Positions 51,972 through 64,000 of a DNA stretch of 64,000 nucleotides are shown here, piece after piece. How positions within the stretch are numbered: the first letter of the stretch is position 1; every line of letters begins with the position of its first letter. The notes under the pieces were generated by a model. It worked only from the letters and a program-made list of their open reading frames with translations, did no database searches and was not told the origin of the DNA. The DNA is from Utricularia gibba (Eukaryota; Plantae; Magnoliophyta). Where the stretch lies: positions 1,860,001 to 1,924,000 of the forward strand of contig CM007992.1 of NCBI GenBank assembly GCA_002189035.1. The letters are read 5' to 3'. Made by a program: the position numbers and the translations under genes.

Positions 51972-52086
51972 AGGAGGCTGGAGCTAAAACCTGAGAGCCA
52001 ATCAAGCAGGCATCCGAGCTCTTCTATCCACTACTTATGTTGCCTGTTTTTACTCTTTTCAAATAAATAAAGCACCCCATATCTGC

Positions 52087-53359
52087 TGTTTTGGAAATAT
52101 TATTATCCTTTCATTGTAAAGCTATTATAAATTTATAAGGATGGATGATCCTTATCCAATATTAAACTGCTAAAGAGCAGTTACAACTTCCTATTGATAA
52201 ATAAACTAACTACATACGTTCAACTAACTTCCAGAAGCATCTGGTCGACTTCTACCATATCCCAGGCTTTCAGGTTTATCAGCCAACAGCCGCCCTTAAA
52301 CAAGAAAGCCTCTGCAATACAAGCAAACTCCTGAGGCATATGAAAGCAGCAGTTTTAAGGGACTTAGTGAAAATATCTGCAACTTGGTCATCACTTTTAA
52401 TATAACAAAGCTCTATAATTCCTTTCTTCACATAGTCTCTAATATAATGAAAACGAGTCCAGATATGATTCCTGCAAGCATGAAATAATGGATTCCTTCC
52501 AAATGCTATGGTAGATTTATTATCCACATACACCTTTGTGGGCAGGTCACAAATAAATCGTAAATTCTCCAGCATGTATCTCAGCCATATAGCATGACAA
52601 ACACAGGCGTTTGCAGCAACATACTCAGCTTCACATGTTGATAAGGTGACAATCGGTTGCTTCTTTGAAGTCCAAACTATAGCAGTGTCACCAACAAAGA
52701 ATGTAAAGCCAGTTGTACTCCAAGAATCATCTAAATTTCCTGCCCAATCACTGCCACTGTACTCTTCAAGTTCAAACTTTTCTACTGCACCATACCACAT
52801 ACCAAAGTTCGTGGTCCCTTTCAAATATCTATGAATTCTCCTTGCTGCCTTAAGATGTATCTCCCTTGGCTTCTCCATGAAACGACAAACCAATCCCACA
52901 GAAAATAAGATATTAGGTTTGTTGTTGGTGATGTATTGAAGAGAACCGATCAGACTCTTAAATGCAGTGGCATTAACCTTCTTAGAAGGATCATTAATGC
53001 TCATCTTTACATTATATTCTGATGGAGAGCCCACCGAATTACATTGAGTCATGTTGTACTTCTTAAGAAGATCTTTCACAAAGCCGTCTTGAGTGATAAA
53101 AATCCTATTGGATAGTTGTTTGATTAAACCAACATCAGTCATCTCATATTCTGCATTCATCTTCAACTTAAAATCTTTTATTTCATCTTCTCTGCTACCA
53201 ATGACCAATAAGTGATCGACATAGATGCACACAACCAACATATCAGCCTGCTCCTTTCCACTTACATAGAGAGAATATTCATGAGGATATTGAATGAAAT
53301 GTCTCGCTTGTAAGAATGCATCGACTCTCTGGTTCCAATCATACGGTGCTTGTCTCAAG
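52087..53359 (-). mobile_element. 3' part of a Ty1/Copia element (RT-RNase H, PPT, 3' LTR)
   Basis: ORF 52279-53415 contains YVDHLLV, SDWAG, CEAEYVA and ADIFTKSL. PPT-like TTTAAGGGCGGC at 52289-52300. The ~200-bp LTR reads TGTTGG...AAAACA (52288 to 52087). The fragment is cut at 53359 by a hAT terminus. Confidence 0.88.
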
Positions 53360-55590
53360 TAGGGCTGTAAATGAGCCGAGTCGAGCCGAGCTATTGCATA
53401 TTCAGCTCGATTCATTTACAAAAATATTGAACTCAAACTCGAGCCGAACTTCACTCCAGCCTAGCAACTTGTGATCAAGCTCAGCTCATTCGAGCTTAAG
53501 TGGGCTCATCAGCTTTAGACAAGCTTAATCAAGCTTATACTTCACTAATGTTCAAGCTTTTGAAACACCAATTCTGTTTCAGGACAACAATGAAAGATTC
53601 CGATAAAAATAACAGCATCTTGTTTAAACTCTCATTGTGATCGTTGCTTCGATATCATTAATGTTTTTAGTACAGCTTCAAGCATCCTTAACCACAATTC
53701 TGGAAACCCAACGCCTTTTCAAACAATAAAAAATCAGAAGGCCTGGTGACAACTGACAAAGGCAGCTTGTTCATTAAATTCATGAAATTAAAATTACTAG
53801 TTTGCTCCTCCATATAGATACATGCTGCCAGAATCCAATGACTATAAGTCATTAAAAGTATAATGCTGATATGGTGATTACACAGGAGTAAAGCATAAAA
53901 GCATCTTTTTGTCTTATACCACCACAAGCATACTGCACAAGCTTACACTTTTTCAACCCTTGCTATTTCAAAAAGAGCAAGAAAGAAAATAGAATAAGTG
54001 ATCAGAATGAGATTAAAAACATGAACATTTGCATTTGGCCATTGACTCATAATATATCCAAGAAAAAAAGGAACATCAAGCGTTCAAGCTAAGCAATTAC
54101 ATACCTAAAAATGTAAAGTTTTCAGGCATTGGGCAATTTCTTAGAACAATGGCGCCATGCAGCGTTGGAATTCTGGAACTTGTGTTACTTCTAAAACCTC
54201 CCCAAGTTCATTAAGAAACAAAACTTCTTTTGAGCTAGTTGTAACTGGCCAGTACTTCAAATATATTTGCTTAAACCATCTTTACCATTTGAAAACTCTA
54301 ATCTAGATACACTTTACTAATATATTAGATAAACTTCATAAATAATGTTCAATAAAATAAACAAAATCAAAGATAAACTCAATAAAAATAAAAAAAGCAA
54401 GATCAAATATCTCAAAATATTATTTTTATTATCTAGTAAATATTAATCAAGGAAATTAATTCTCTTGGATAAATAAATTGAACTCCGGCGAATCATCTTT
54501 CATCTACATTTTTGTAGATCAACATAATTAAAACAAAGAGAATAAAACAAGAATAAAAGATAAAAGTATGATAACAACATTTATTATTCTTACTGCTTTA
54601 TATTTTCTTATTCCATGAAGATGGCGAACTCAATCACATACACAAGGTAAAACTTGAACAGTCTCCTTAGACAATGAAGCAAGATATGAATCAAGAAATC
54701 TTCCTCCTGAACTAAATGTGGATTATGATGCAACTGTAGTTGTAGGAACACACAAAATAATTTTTTATTTTCAACTCGTTAGCCTTCCACCACCATAGCA
54801 TATCAAATTTTAATGATTCTTCTTCACTACTTGCTCGAAATAATTTTTCTTCCAGGTAATGCTCTAACTCTGATTTTTGAGGTTGAGAACCCTCTGAATT
54901 TTGCACAAATTCATTAAATCGAGTCCATCCAACTAGTGAAGCTTTCTCCAAACTTGAGCTAATTGAAGATGAACCAACAAATTCTATATTTGTCAAATGA
55001 CTTATTCATCAGTTTCACTATACTCATTAAATAGTTTCTGCAATTCATGTCGGACTTTAAGAATATTTATGGCACTGTCTTCTTTAGAATATATTGAGCT
55101 AAAAGCAAATTCAACCATTTTCATCTTGAAGCAAAGATCTAAAACTATGGCAATTGACATAATAAGATTGCATTCTTTCCAATAATTGGTAAATTTGTCT
55201 TTCATCTTGGAAGTAATATAATCAGTTCCTGATATCATAGTTGTAACCTCATAGAAACCTTCTAAAATATGATTAATCATTTCAATTTTTTCCCAATTTG
55301 CAGATGATGTGTAAATAATAAAACCAGGCTCCATTTCTGCAAAAATAGGCAAGACATACTTGTACTTTGAAGCAATATTCAACATTTCATATGTCGAATT
55401 CCAACGGGTTGGACAATCAAGAATAAGTTTCCTAGCTGATAACTACATTTCATAAACAATTCCAGAAAACTTGTTAAACCTACCTTGTGAAGCTTTGATA
55501 TACTTCACTACTTCTCTCACAATGATATCCTTGATTTGTGATAATCCATATTGGACAATTAGATTTGAAATATGAGCCTAGCATCTTGGA
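53360..55590 (-). mobile_element. hAT (Ac/Tam3-like) transposon remnant
   Basis: Terminus TAGGGCTGTAAATGAGCCGAGTCGAGCCGAGC with GAGCC/GCTC subterminal repeats. Minus-strand transposase motifs AHISNLIVQYGL, LILDCPTRWNSTYEML, YWKECNLIMSIAIVLD and ELEHYLEE..FDMLWWWKAN. The other end was not found. Confidence 0.85.
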
Positions 55591-55869
55591 TGGGGTACCA
55601 TTCATCTACTAGTTGCATTTCAAAAAATTGAGAATGTTTATTATTCACCTCAAGTTGTGTAGCATTTACCAAGTCTTTGTCAATTGCAAAAACAAGACTT
55701 CAAATTGGAACCACAAAGGAAATGATTCAAAATAACTGATCCAAAAACCTTTAATTAACTACAGCCATGAGAATGAGCAACAATCCATATCAAATATATT
55801 TTGAAAGGACTCAATGAGATAGCAACTTGAATGACCGAAAAATCCCATCTTTAGCACAAATGATTTGGT

Positions 55870-58260
55870 TGTAATTTCTATGATTTCTTTTATGAGTTTG
55901 TAATAAAAGGTATGTTATTCCTTGTTTGCATAACTTATTATCAAAACAAGTCAAAGAGATACAAGGTTACAATGGATATTGTCGAAAAGGATACAAATCC
56001 CAAAAAAAATTCTTTTACTTAAAAGTCATCATTTAAAATTTGTTTGTATTATTTCTATTATAGGATCCCATTATAAATTACAAAAATTTGTATTCAATTT
56101 TTAGCTAAACTTTTTTCTTAAAAATCTGATATTTATACTACATTCTCATTATGTTTACATTATTTTTTAAAAAATTTGTTAAAGAAAGGACATCCATGAG
56201 TTTCTCCCAAGAACAACATGAATTGATGTGGCAATTTTTGTCATTTTCACTTAATTAGATGTAACAAAATTTCAAATATCCTAGTTGTTACTTTGTACTG
56301 TGTGGGTCTAAAAGTATTGTGTGCTAGAACTTCAAGCACCACAAACATTGATTTGTGGTGTTTCACATTATTTTATTTATTAATTCTTGTAGTCATTGCG
56401 AACATGAATTTTAGGTGTCCCAAAGTGTTGTATGCTGCAAGTGCATCATAAACTAATTTGCAATATTGAGAATTATTTTATTTATTAATTCTCCATAGTA
56501 TTTGATGAGCCCCAAGAATATAATGAAGTGTATTTAAAAAATGATGAGGAATTTGACCAACTGAACACATTAGAGATAAAGATCATTCCACCAGAACCAA
56601 TTACAAGAAGTAAGAGCAAGATGGTTGAAGCTAAACTCAAGGCCCTACTCAACACTATTAGAATCAACATTGGGTCTAAAGTATTACCATTAAAAGAGTT
56701 CAACTATTGGAATCTCAATCTAACTTAAAGCCCAAAACATCACCCCATCTTTCATGAGTGTTATTGGACTTGTAGACTTTTCTTTCTTATTTAGTTTGGG
56801 CTTTGTAATGTTGGAGCCCAATTCTAGAGTATAAATACTCTAAAGATGTAATCTTTGAGGATCTTAGTCATTTTCATATATGTTGTGAGGATTTTTTCCT
56901 CTTCTTTGAGTGCTTGTACACTCTTGACTTATCAAGCTTTGAGCTTATGACGTCCTTGGATTATCACTTTCAATCCCTTCTCTTTTTTAAAGTGTGGCTC
57001 CTAATCTTCTTTGTTTCGAAGTCTGGTTGCAAGAGATTCATTCTCTTGAGGGTAGACTTGGATAGGTTCATTTCTAAGCTTCAAAATCACCTCTTGTTCG
57101 TGGGTTGCTAATCTCTACAGATTAGAGGGTCACATCAGTACTGCTAATGTTGATTTGTAGTGGTTGATTTACAATGTCTGAAATTTTTCAAGTAAATAAA
57201 AATTAAAAAAATAATAGATATCGAACACTAAAGTTTGTGGTGCTGAGAATTTTTTATTTATCCTTTGGCAAAGCATTGGCTGGCAATCCATTGGAGTAGA
57301 AATCAATATAATGAATTAAATAATTCCCAGCACCTCAAATTCATGATGCCTGAAATACCAATTTCAAAAATACTAAGCAACCCAAAACAACGTTTGCCGA
57401 ATACAAAAATCCCCAGTATCTAAAATGGGTGTATGATGTTTTGTAATTTGACGCAATTCATAAGTTTGAGAATTAAATACATGAAATAGAAATATAAAAT
57501 TAATAAAAATATTATGAAATAGTAGATAGTGAGCATATAAATTTATATCTTATTTCTCAAACTCTCCCGAACCTTCGCCCCATTTCCATTTTTAACTCAA
57601 TCCCCAGAACAATCTGAGGGCAAAGGACACTACAATTAGTCACCAAAGTGGATGCAATTTCCCGACATAATTTTTTGATTGGTATTTAGGGTCCATTCGG
57701 AATACTTTCTTTACTTTATATTCTCATTTTCTTAAGAATAAGATGAGTTTTTAATGGAATAGTAATGCTATGTTATGCAATGAGAATATAAAATAAAATT
57801 GTTTGATAAACAACCAAAATACCCTAATAATAAAAACATAAATATTTTCATTTTTTTATATTAATCCAATGAAATCAAAGTTTAAATTATTCAAATACAT
57901 TACTTGAAATACAATAACGAATGGTACAAATTAGTTTAATATGTTCATCTACATGTTGCATTTCAATATCGGTGATAATATTTCCACCACATAGTAGAAC
58001 AAATGCTATCCCTCAAATCATCCATTGAATTATAATTGTTGTAATATCCTCTTATTCTTCATTGTTGACCACTGATAGTTTTTGGGCATATTCATCTAGA
58101 TTTTGACTATCATTGCTTGCATCCACTTTACATAAAATATTATCATTGTAGAAAAATTTCAACATTCAAATAAAATGAGTTGTAAGCTGAAAAATTATGA
58201 CCATTAAGATATCAAATAATAAGGACTGACTACTCGTTGGATGATTATGAATTGATTTAT
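55870..58260 (+). repeat. Non-coding block, copy 2, interrupted by a solo LTR and a ~370-bp insertion
   Basis: Collinear with 33870-34965 once 56299-57137 and ~57800-58170 are removed. Confidence 0.85.
56299..57137 (+). mobile_element. Solo LTR, CRM (centromeric chromovirus)-like
   Basis: Absent from the paralogous block (empty site ctttgtactgctaatg at ~34209). Flanked by GTAC(T). Ends ..GGTCACATCA. Carries PPEPITRSKSKM, resembling the CRM CR motif, and a TATAAATA at ~56831. Confidence 0.7.
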
Positions 58261-60723
58261 GCTAGCAAATGTGCATTTGATTTCTGATATGTTGAATGGA
58301 TTTTTGATTTGTCGAATTGATTTTTATAGATTTATGGATAGAAATTAGATAAAGGACCAAATATGAACTGGTTTGATGAAGTAACAGATTATAATGAGCA
58401 TTTCATTTGATTAATTATTGGACCATGGATTAATAGATGGATATGGATTAAAAATAAAAATATTTTTCTGAAAAATTGGACAGATTTAAGAAGAATCCCT
58501 CTAATTGTAATTATTGGAGAAGTGTTTGCAATAATAATGCAAACTTTTTACGTGAAAAAAGTGAAAAGTAGGAAGAGAAATAAATAAAAAATTATACGAT
58601 TCAAATATTTTTGATATTTTACATTTATCTGCGTTTATAAACTTTCAAACTAAACACAGCTTTTATGATTACAAATAAATTTAATTATACATATCAAACA
58701 TAAAAAATGTATTATCTTTTATATTTAATATGCATCAATCACAAATAATATAAAACCCTCATTATATAATCTCTGATATAAAAAAATGGGCTTATGGGAT
58801 TAGGAGCGAAAAATACACCCACGAGTTTTGAAGGATGTACATCGGCATTCATCCCCACCATGCTTCTTTTTCTATTAATTTCGGAACCCACAAACGAATG
58901 CATTAATTAATTAAATTTTTTTGCATTCTAAAGCTATGGCGCCATGTGAAACTTGCCGTTCTTGAACTCTCTCATTATTTAGAGTTAAAGAACGGCATAT
59001 TATTAATAATATGGGATCATTTAGAAAAATAGTATTTATGTATCACATATTATTAATAATTGATTTTGTATCATTTCAAAACATGTTTTTTGATTACTCT
59101 TTAATGTTGTTTTTACCTAACTTAGACTCTACTTTCTCATTATTTTCAATTGATTTTACATCTTTTACATTATTTTGATCTTTTTGAAAAAAAAAGTGTA
59201 TTTTATGGATTTTTAGGGTATTTTTAGATCAATTTGAGGAGAAATCAAAATCTAACAATTTATAAGCTTGATAGGTCACGAATCTCAACCCAAGACTCAA
59301 TCAAAGGATAAAGATTTGATGAAAGATTCATGAAAAAATAAAAATTTGAAGATGATTTTGAAAGAATTAAATAAAAGATTTGAATACAAAATCTTATTCA
59401 ATTCCATCAAATAAGCCCAATATGAAGATTTAGATTTGATTTTCTATAAATACTCCACTCACTCAATCATTACATATATCTTTGGAATACTTTGTTTTTA
59501 TATATTTTTCCCTATTTTCGTATTTACTTTCATATTAGAATTAAGAATGTGCATATAAGTACTTGTGCCTAACGATTGGCGGTGGAGCCTCGCGTGCACA
59601 AGTCCAACGCATGTGACTATTTTACTATGTTCTTCAATATTTAATTTAAAATTTGATTCTATTTCTTCACAATGTATTATTTAGTATCATATAACCCTAA
59701 TAGAGTGTGGAGTAATCTAAAGTTGAACTCAAGCATCTAATGAGAAGACCTCAATTTAACAGTGTTGGTAAGTCACATTCTGTCTAATTTGTCTATGAGG
59801 TATGAGATGTAGGGGTTAGATTTGAGTATGGGAAAAACATGTGTTATCACAAGAGGTGAAATGACTTTGATGGCACGATTGATTCTATAATCCCATTAAA
59901 CCAGAAACGATTACTATAATGATTACTGAGTAGCACTATTTAGAATAACACCCCTAAAACTTACGTAAACAGGTTAATTCTCAAGGTTTACATATACAAT
60001 TATGAGCAAGTTTTGAGCAAGATGGATCATAGATCAAAAAGCCATTTTTCCTATTGTTTTTAAAATCAAACCTTTGTTTTTTTTAATCTTTTTGAATCAT
60101 TATTTTTAAAGAAAATTTCAATAACAATTTTCTATGAATATAACCTTATTTTATTATTTCGATGATTTTTATGTATTTTCATAATTACCAATAATAACGA
60201 TCAATATTTTATATATATGGTGTCCATTTTTGTCATACATTTAGAGTAGGGTGTCCCATCCCTATATATTAATCCAATTTATCGAGTATTTGGTATCTCA
60301 AAATTAATTTTAAAATATAAAAATATAAATTAAATATTTTCCATTTTCATAATTGGACTATATATTACTCCAATTTATCTAATTTTTATCTAAAATGAAT
60401 TATTTTTTGAAGGGTTTAAATATTTCCCATTCGTTTAATTGGACTCTATGTTAACATACTTCATCTAGTATTTAGTTTCTGAAAATTATTTTTTGAAAAA
60501 TATAATCAAACAACACTTTAGATATCTTTCATTGGAATACATATTAACCACCTAAAATTTACCTCAAAATTAATTTTCGAAGAATAGAAACAAATAGAGT
60601 TTTAAATATCTCCAATTGATTACATTGGACTGTATATTGCCCTATTTATCTAGTATTCAATTTAAGAATTGGAACAATTATGTACTCCAACCCATGCAAA
60701 ACCATAACTAGGAGACTCTGAAG

Positions 60724-60845
60724 ATGGCTTCAGAGTAGCACTCGGATTTGCTGCCTTTCTCCTAGTTGTCGCCCTCGTGGTTTCTCCCAGTGATTCCACC
60801 CGTCCTCCCTCTCCCTCAGCTCCCTTTGAGGTCGCAAACCCATGA
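60724..60845 (+). pseudogene. Candidate small secreted peptide gene B (40 aa if a 1-nt deletion after codon 2 is corrected)
   Basis: ATG GCT at 60724 is one base out of frame with RVALGFAAFLLVVALVVSPSDSTRPPSPSAPFEVANP* (60732-60845). There is no in-frame upstream ATG (TAA at 60705). The leader nucleotides resemble gene A. Confidence 0.4.
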
Positions 60846-61162
60846 GCTGAACCCAAGAACCAGTGGAGTTTTCAAGTTATATCGTCTCCTCTACTGCTGC
60901 ATTTGCATAATTCAGTTGTTGGAATAAGAAAGGAAGACCACAGTGTGTTTGTATTTGTGTTTGTGTGCGTCGTCTGCACTGCCACATGATTTGAAATGGA
61001 ATCCGATCTTCAATTGTTTAAAATCTAAATAAAAATTAATAAATTATGTTTAATCCAAATTAAATATTGGATCAATTCGAATCAAACCTGTAGTTCGAAC
61101 GAAAACCATGTAGCCCTTCCGATTCGATTCTATAATCCAAACTGTAAGATTTCAGATTGAAG

Positions 61163-61190
61163 CCCTGCGAACCGTGGTTACAATAGCTAG
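61163..61190 (+). mobile_element. Helitron-like 3' terminus
   Basis: Imperfect hairpin CCCTGCGAACCGTGG, 9-nt spacer, CTAG, followed by T. Confidence 0.4.
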
Positions 61191-61274
61191 TTTTTTTAAA
61201 AACATTAAAAATATATTCCAAAAATTGATTTATCACTATATATTATATATCACATAATTTTTCATTTTAAATAT

Positions 61275-61900
61275 TCACCTTCAAGTGCCTAGACTTTAGT
61301 TCAACGTCAATTATTTGTCTCGCTGCCTTAAGACTCCAAAGATATTTCTTAAACTGGCTCATCGTGTCCAACAGTATGTCAAAGGAACCATCAAAAAAGA
61401 CCTCTACCACTTGAAGAATGCTACACTCACTCTGGCGACTTACTCTGATGTTGAGGAGTAGCTTGCTCCAACACTTGTTGTTCCATCATTGGCTTCTGTG
61501 TATTTTATTCCAGCAATCCCATACCCCGGTGCTCCAAAAAGCATACCACTATTTCCTGCTCTAGCACCAAAGCGAAGTATCAGTCAATGGCTCATACTGT
61601 GACAAAACTCACATGGCTTTAATTCTATCCTCATGACTTAGGTATTCATCTTCGTGCAATGCCATAGTTTCTCCATGACAACCTTAGTGCCCAATAACAC
61701 ACTGTGAATTCGATCTTCCATGCTCATAGTAAAGAAATCGAGCTCCATTTTCAATTTATATGGGAGTGCATTGCTTTGTATTATTTGGTGACCCCTCACC
61801 TCCCCACACATCAACCAAATGGCGGATATTTTCACGAAGTGAATGATCAAAGACTCCCTATCATTCTTCACCACCAAACTCAGCTTGCACCCAACCAACA
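61275..61900 (+). mobile_element. Degenerate Copia RT-end / RNase H fragment
   Basis: QYVKGT, TYSD, SKKHTTISCSSTKAKYQSMA, HDNLSA, HAHSKEIELHFQF and MADIFTK appear in broken frames. Confidence 0.8.
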
Positions 61901-64000
61901 CAAGTATTAAAAAGCCACTTACTTGGTGGTAGAAAGAGAGGAGCAATAAGGATAATTATGCTGACTATACAACCCATGCAACGTTTCTCGTATAAGTGAA
62001 ATCATCCCAATTATGGTTCTACTATGCATGGCAAGGAGGATCACCATTAGTCATAAATAAAAGAACAAATCAAGGATATTTTCCCAATTAGTTAGCTATA
62101 ATAAGGAAAGTTTTTAGTTTTCTATGTCTTTCTTTATATTTAATTTTATTGCATTCTTAAATTCAAGCATCATGAAACAAAACAACTCTTCACCTTTATG
62201 ATCAACTCTCCTTCTTCTTAGATTGAAATTCTTCTTCTACAAACACAAACCTCCTCTTCCTAGTACTCTTTCATTTATCATCAACTTTCCAATCTAATCA
62301 TTGAGCTGTTGCAAAATGGTCTTATCAAGGATACATTTTTTATCACCCTCTAATCTGAAAGAGTTTAGCAACCCACAAATATGAGAAAAATTAGTGCTTA
62401 AAAAGGAATCCACGTAAGTCCATTTTCAAGAGAATGATTCTTTTGCAATTTATTTAGAATGAGAAGGAATTGAAAATGATAATCCTTAAAACCCATAAGC
62501 TTTACAGCTTGATAAGTTAACAAAGGTTGCTCAACTAAGTAAGAGCACATAATTTGAAAAGTTTAAGGGAAAGTATTCAAATCCTCTACTCACTCCATAA
62601 TTAGGAAGATATGACCAAGAAGATGTGACTTTAGAGCCCTTTATGAGATATTCCCATGTCAATAAAGTAGCTTCGGACATTACATGCTCTATGTGTTGTA
62701 ACATATTCTTCTTATAAGATCTATGGAAAATTTTTTTAGCAAATTTTTAACTTCATCATTGGTATGTAATATAAGAGTTGGGTTAAATTTGATTAAATTA
62801 AAATTAAATTGTTCAAAAAAAATCCTACAAAATATGGGCTATATCTTAAATTTGAGCCCAATGACCTGGCATAGACTGTCATGACCCATGCCTAGGACCC
62901 AAAAGGCATGAAATCCCTACCAACATTTGGACTAAAGGTAACTTAGCTTTTATTTAATATAGAGGAACCACGTAAGGTAATTTTACAAATACACTGTCAC
63001 TTAACTACTTTAACATGCACATTTACTACAACCAACCTATACTATAGCCATTAAAAGGTCTCCCATAGCTTGGACAGTCATACTCCTAGTATTGTTGATC
63101 TCCTGACTTTTAGCTACTCCCTTTTATATTTGGAACAAGTTTAAAACATTAAGTGGTCGTGCTATTATGATTTGATTAAAACAAAGAGTGTTTGAGAATA
63201 GAATCTCAAGAACAAAAACGTAAGCATATTGTGAGTCACATAATCTATATTTGTCCAAATCCCTTAATCCCTTGGCTTAGACATCATGTTTAAGTCTTAG
63301 AAACTGGGTCATCAATTGTCTATGTTCATCAATAGTGATTAGAAAAGCCACCAACCAACCACCACCACTAAAATTACACTATATCATGGATACAACATGT
63401 TTCCTAGTCTTTCTTGTTTGATTTACCCATAAAGATGCCTCAAACGTATTTTATATAATTAACTTGAATTTCATGGTTAAAATCATGTTGCTAAGAGTGT
63501 GGGTTCACACCCCTCATCATTTTCTAAGGTGTTTTCAAATGGCATATAATCAAGGAACATTGAATGTTTCATATATTTCAAAAAAGTAAAACTCATTTGG
63601 AAAATAACCAACAGGGACACTTAATCCTTAAGTGAAATTGCTAAGGCTAATTCAAAAGGATTTAAGGTCTCTAAATGGATTTTTCAATACAAAATAACAA
63701 AAGAAAGGATGATTTCAAAAGAACATGTCAAAACAATGAAGAACAAGAAGAAAGATAAGTTTATCAAACAGGAAAGAACCACTTCCAAAAATAAAAGATA
63801 AACACATGAGCAAATAGTTATATATGTTCTAGAGAAACATGCTTCTCAAATCAAATAATAGCACTCATTCCACTTACCTAATTCTCTACAGAAATAACCT
63901 TTTCTTATAGCTAAAATCAAGAACCTCCCCTTACTCTCTTGTTGTATATCCTTTTTTACTTCCTCTACAACTCTGCTTCATAAAGTTTCCCAAACTATTC

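Noticed and set aside
59160-60000. LTR-like AT-rich segment with a TATAAATA motif
   Set aside because: No termini or TSD could be defined.
50600-61275. Idea that one Copia RT was split by a single ~10.7-kb insertion carrying genes A and B
   Set aside because: The two Copia fragments do not abut (about 50 codons are missing), and no TSD or matching 5' terminus was found.

Overview
AT-rich plant (angiosperm) nuclear DNA. About 11-31 kb is a tandem, + strand array of non-RD LRR receptor-like kinases of the LRR-XII (FLS2/EFR/Xa21-type) class. It holds one orphan 3' fragment, three long copies (12405, 23118, 27609) and one clearly decayed copy (17198) with a solo LTR in its signal-peptide codons. 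The three long copies are interrupted only by 1, 1 and 2 single-base deletions, all in homopolymer runs, so they may be intact genes hidden by sequencing error. The copies are mosaics of one another. Around the array is a transposon field: two hAT remnants, several Copia fragments, four solo LTRs with target-site duplications (TSDs), a Mutator-like MITE, a Helitron-like 3' end and a ~9.8 kb TSD-bounded Ty3/Gypsy Tat (Retand-like) element with an antisense extra ORF. Two tiny signal-peptide genes with related leaders (51104 and 60724) are the least explained sequences and are candidate small secreted peptides. All coordinates were read by eye and no database search was possible.
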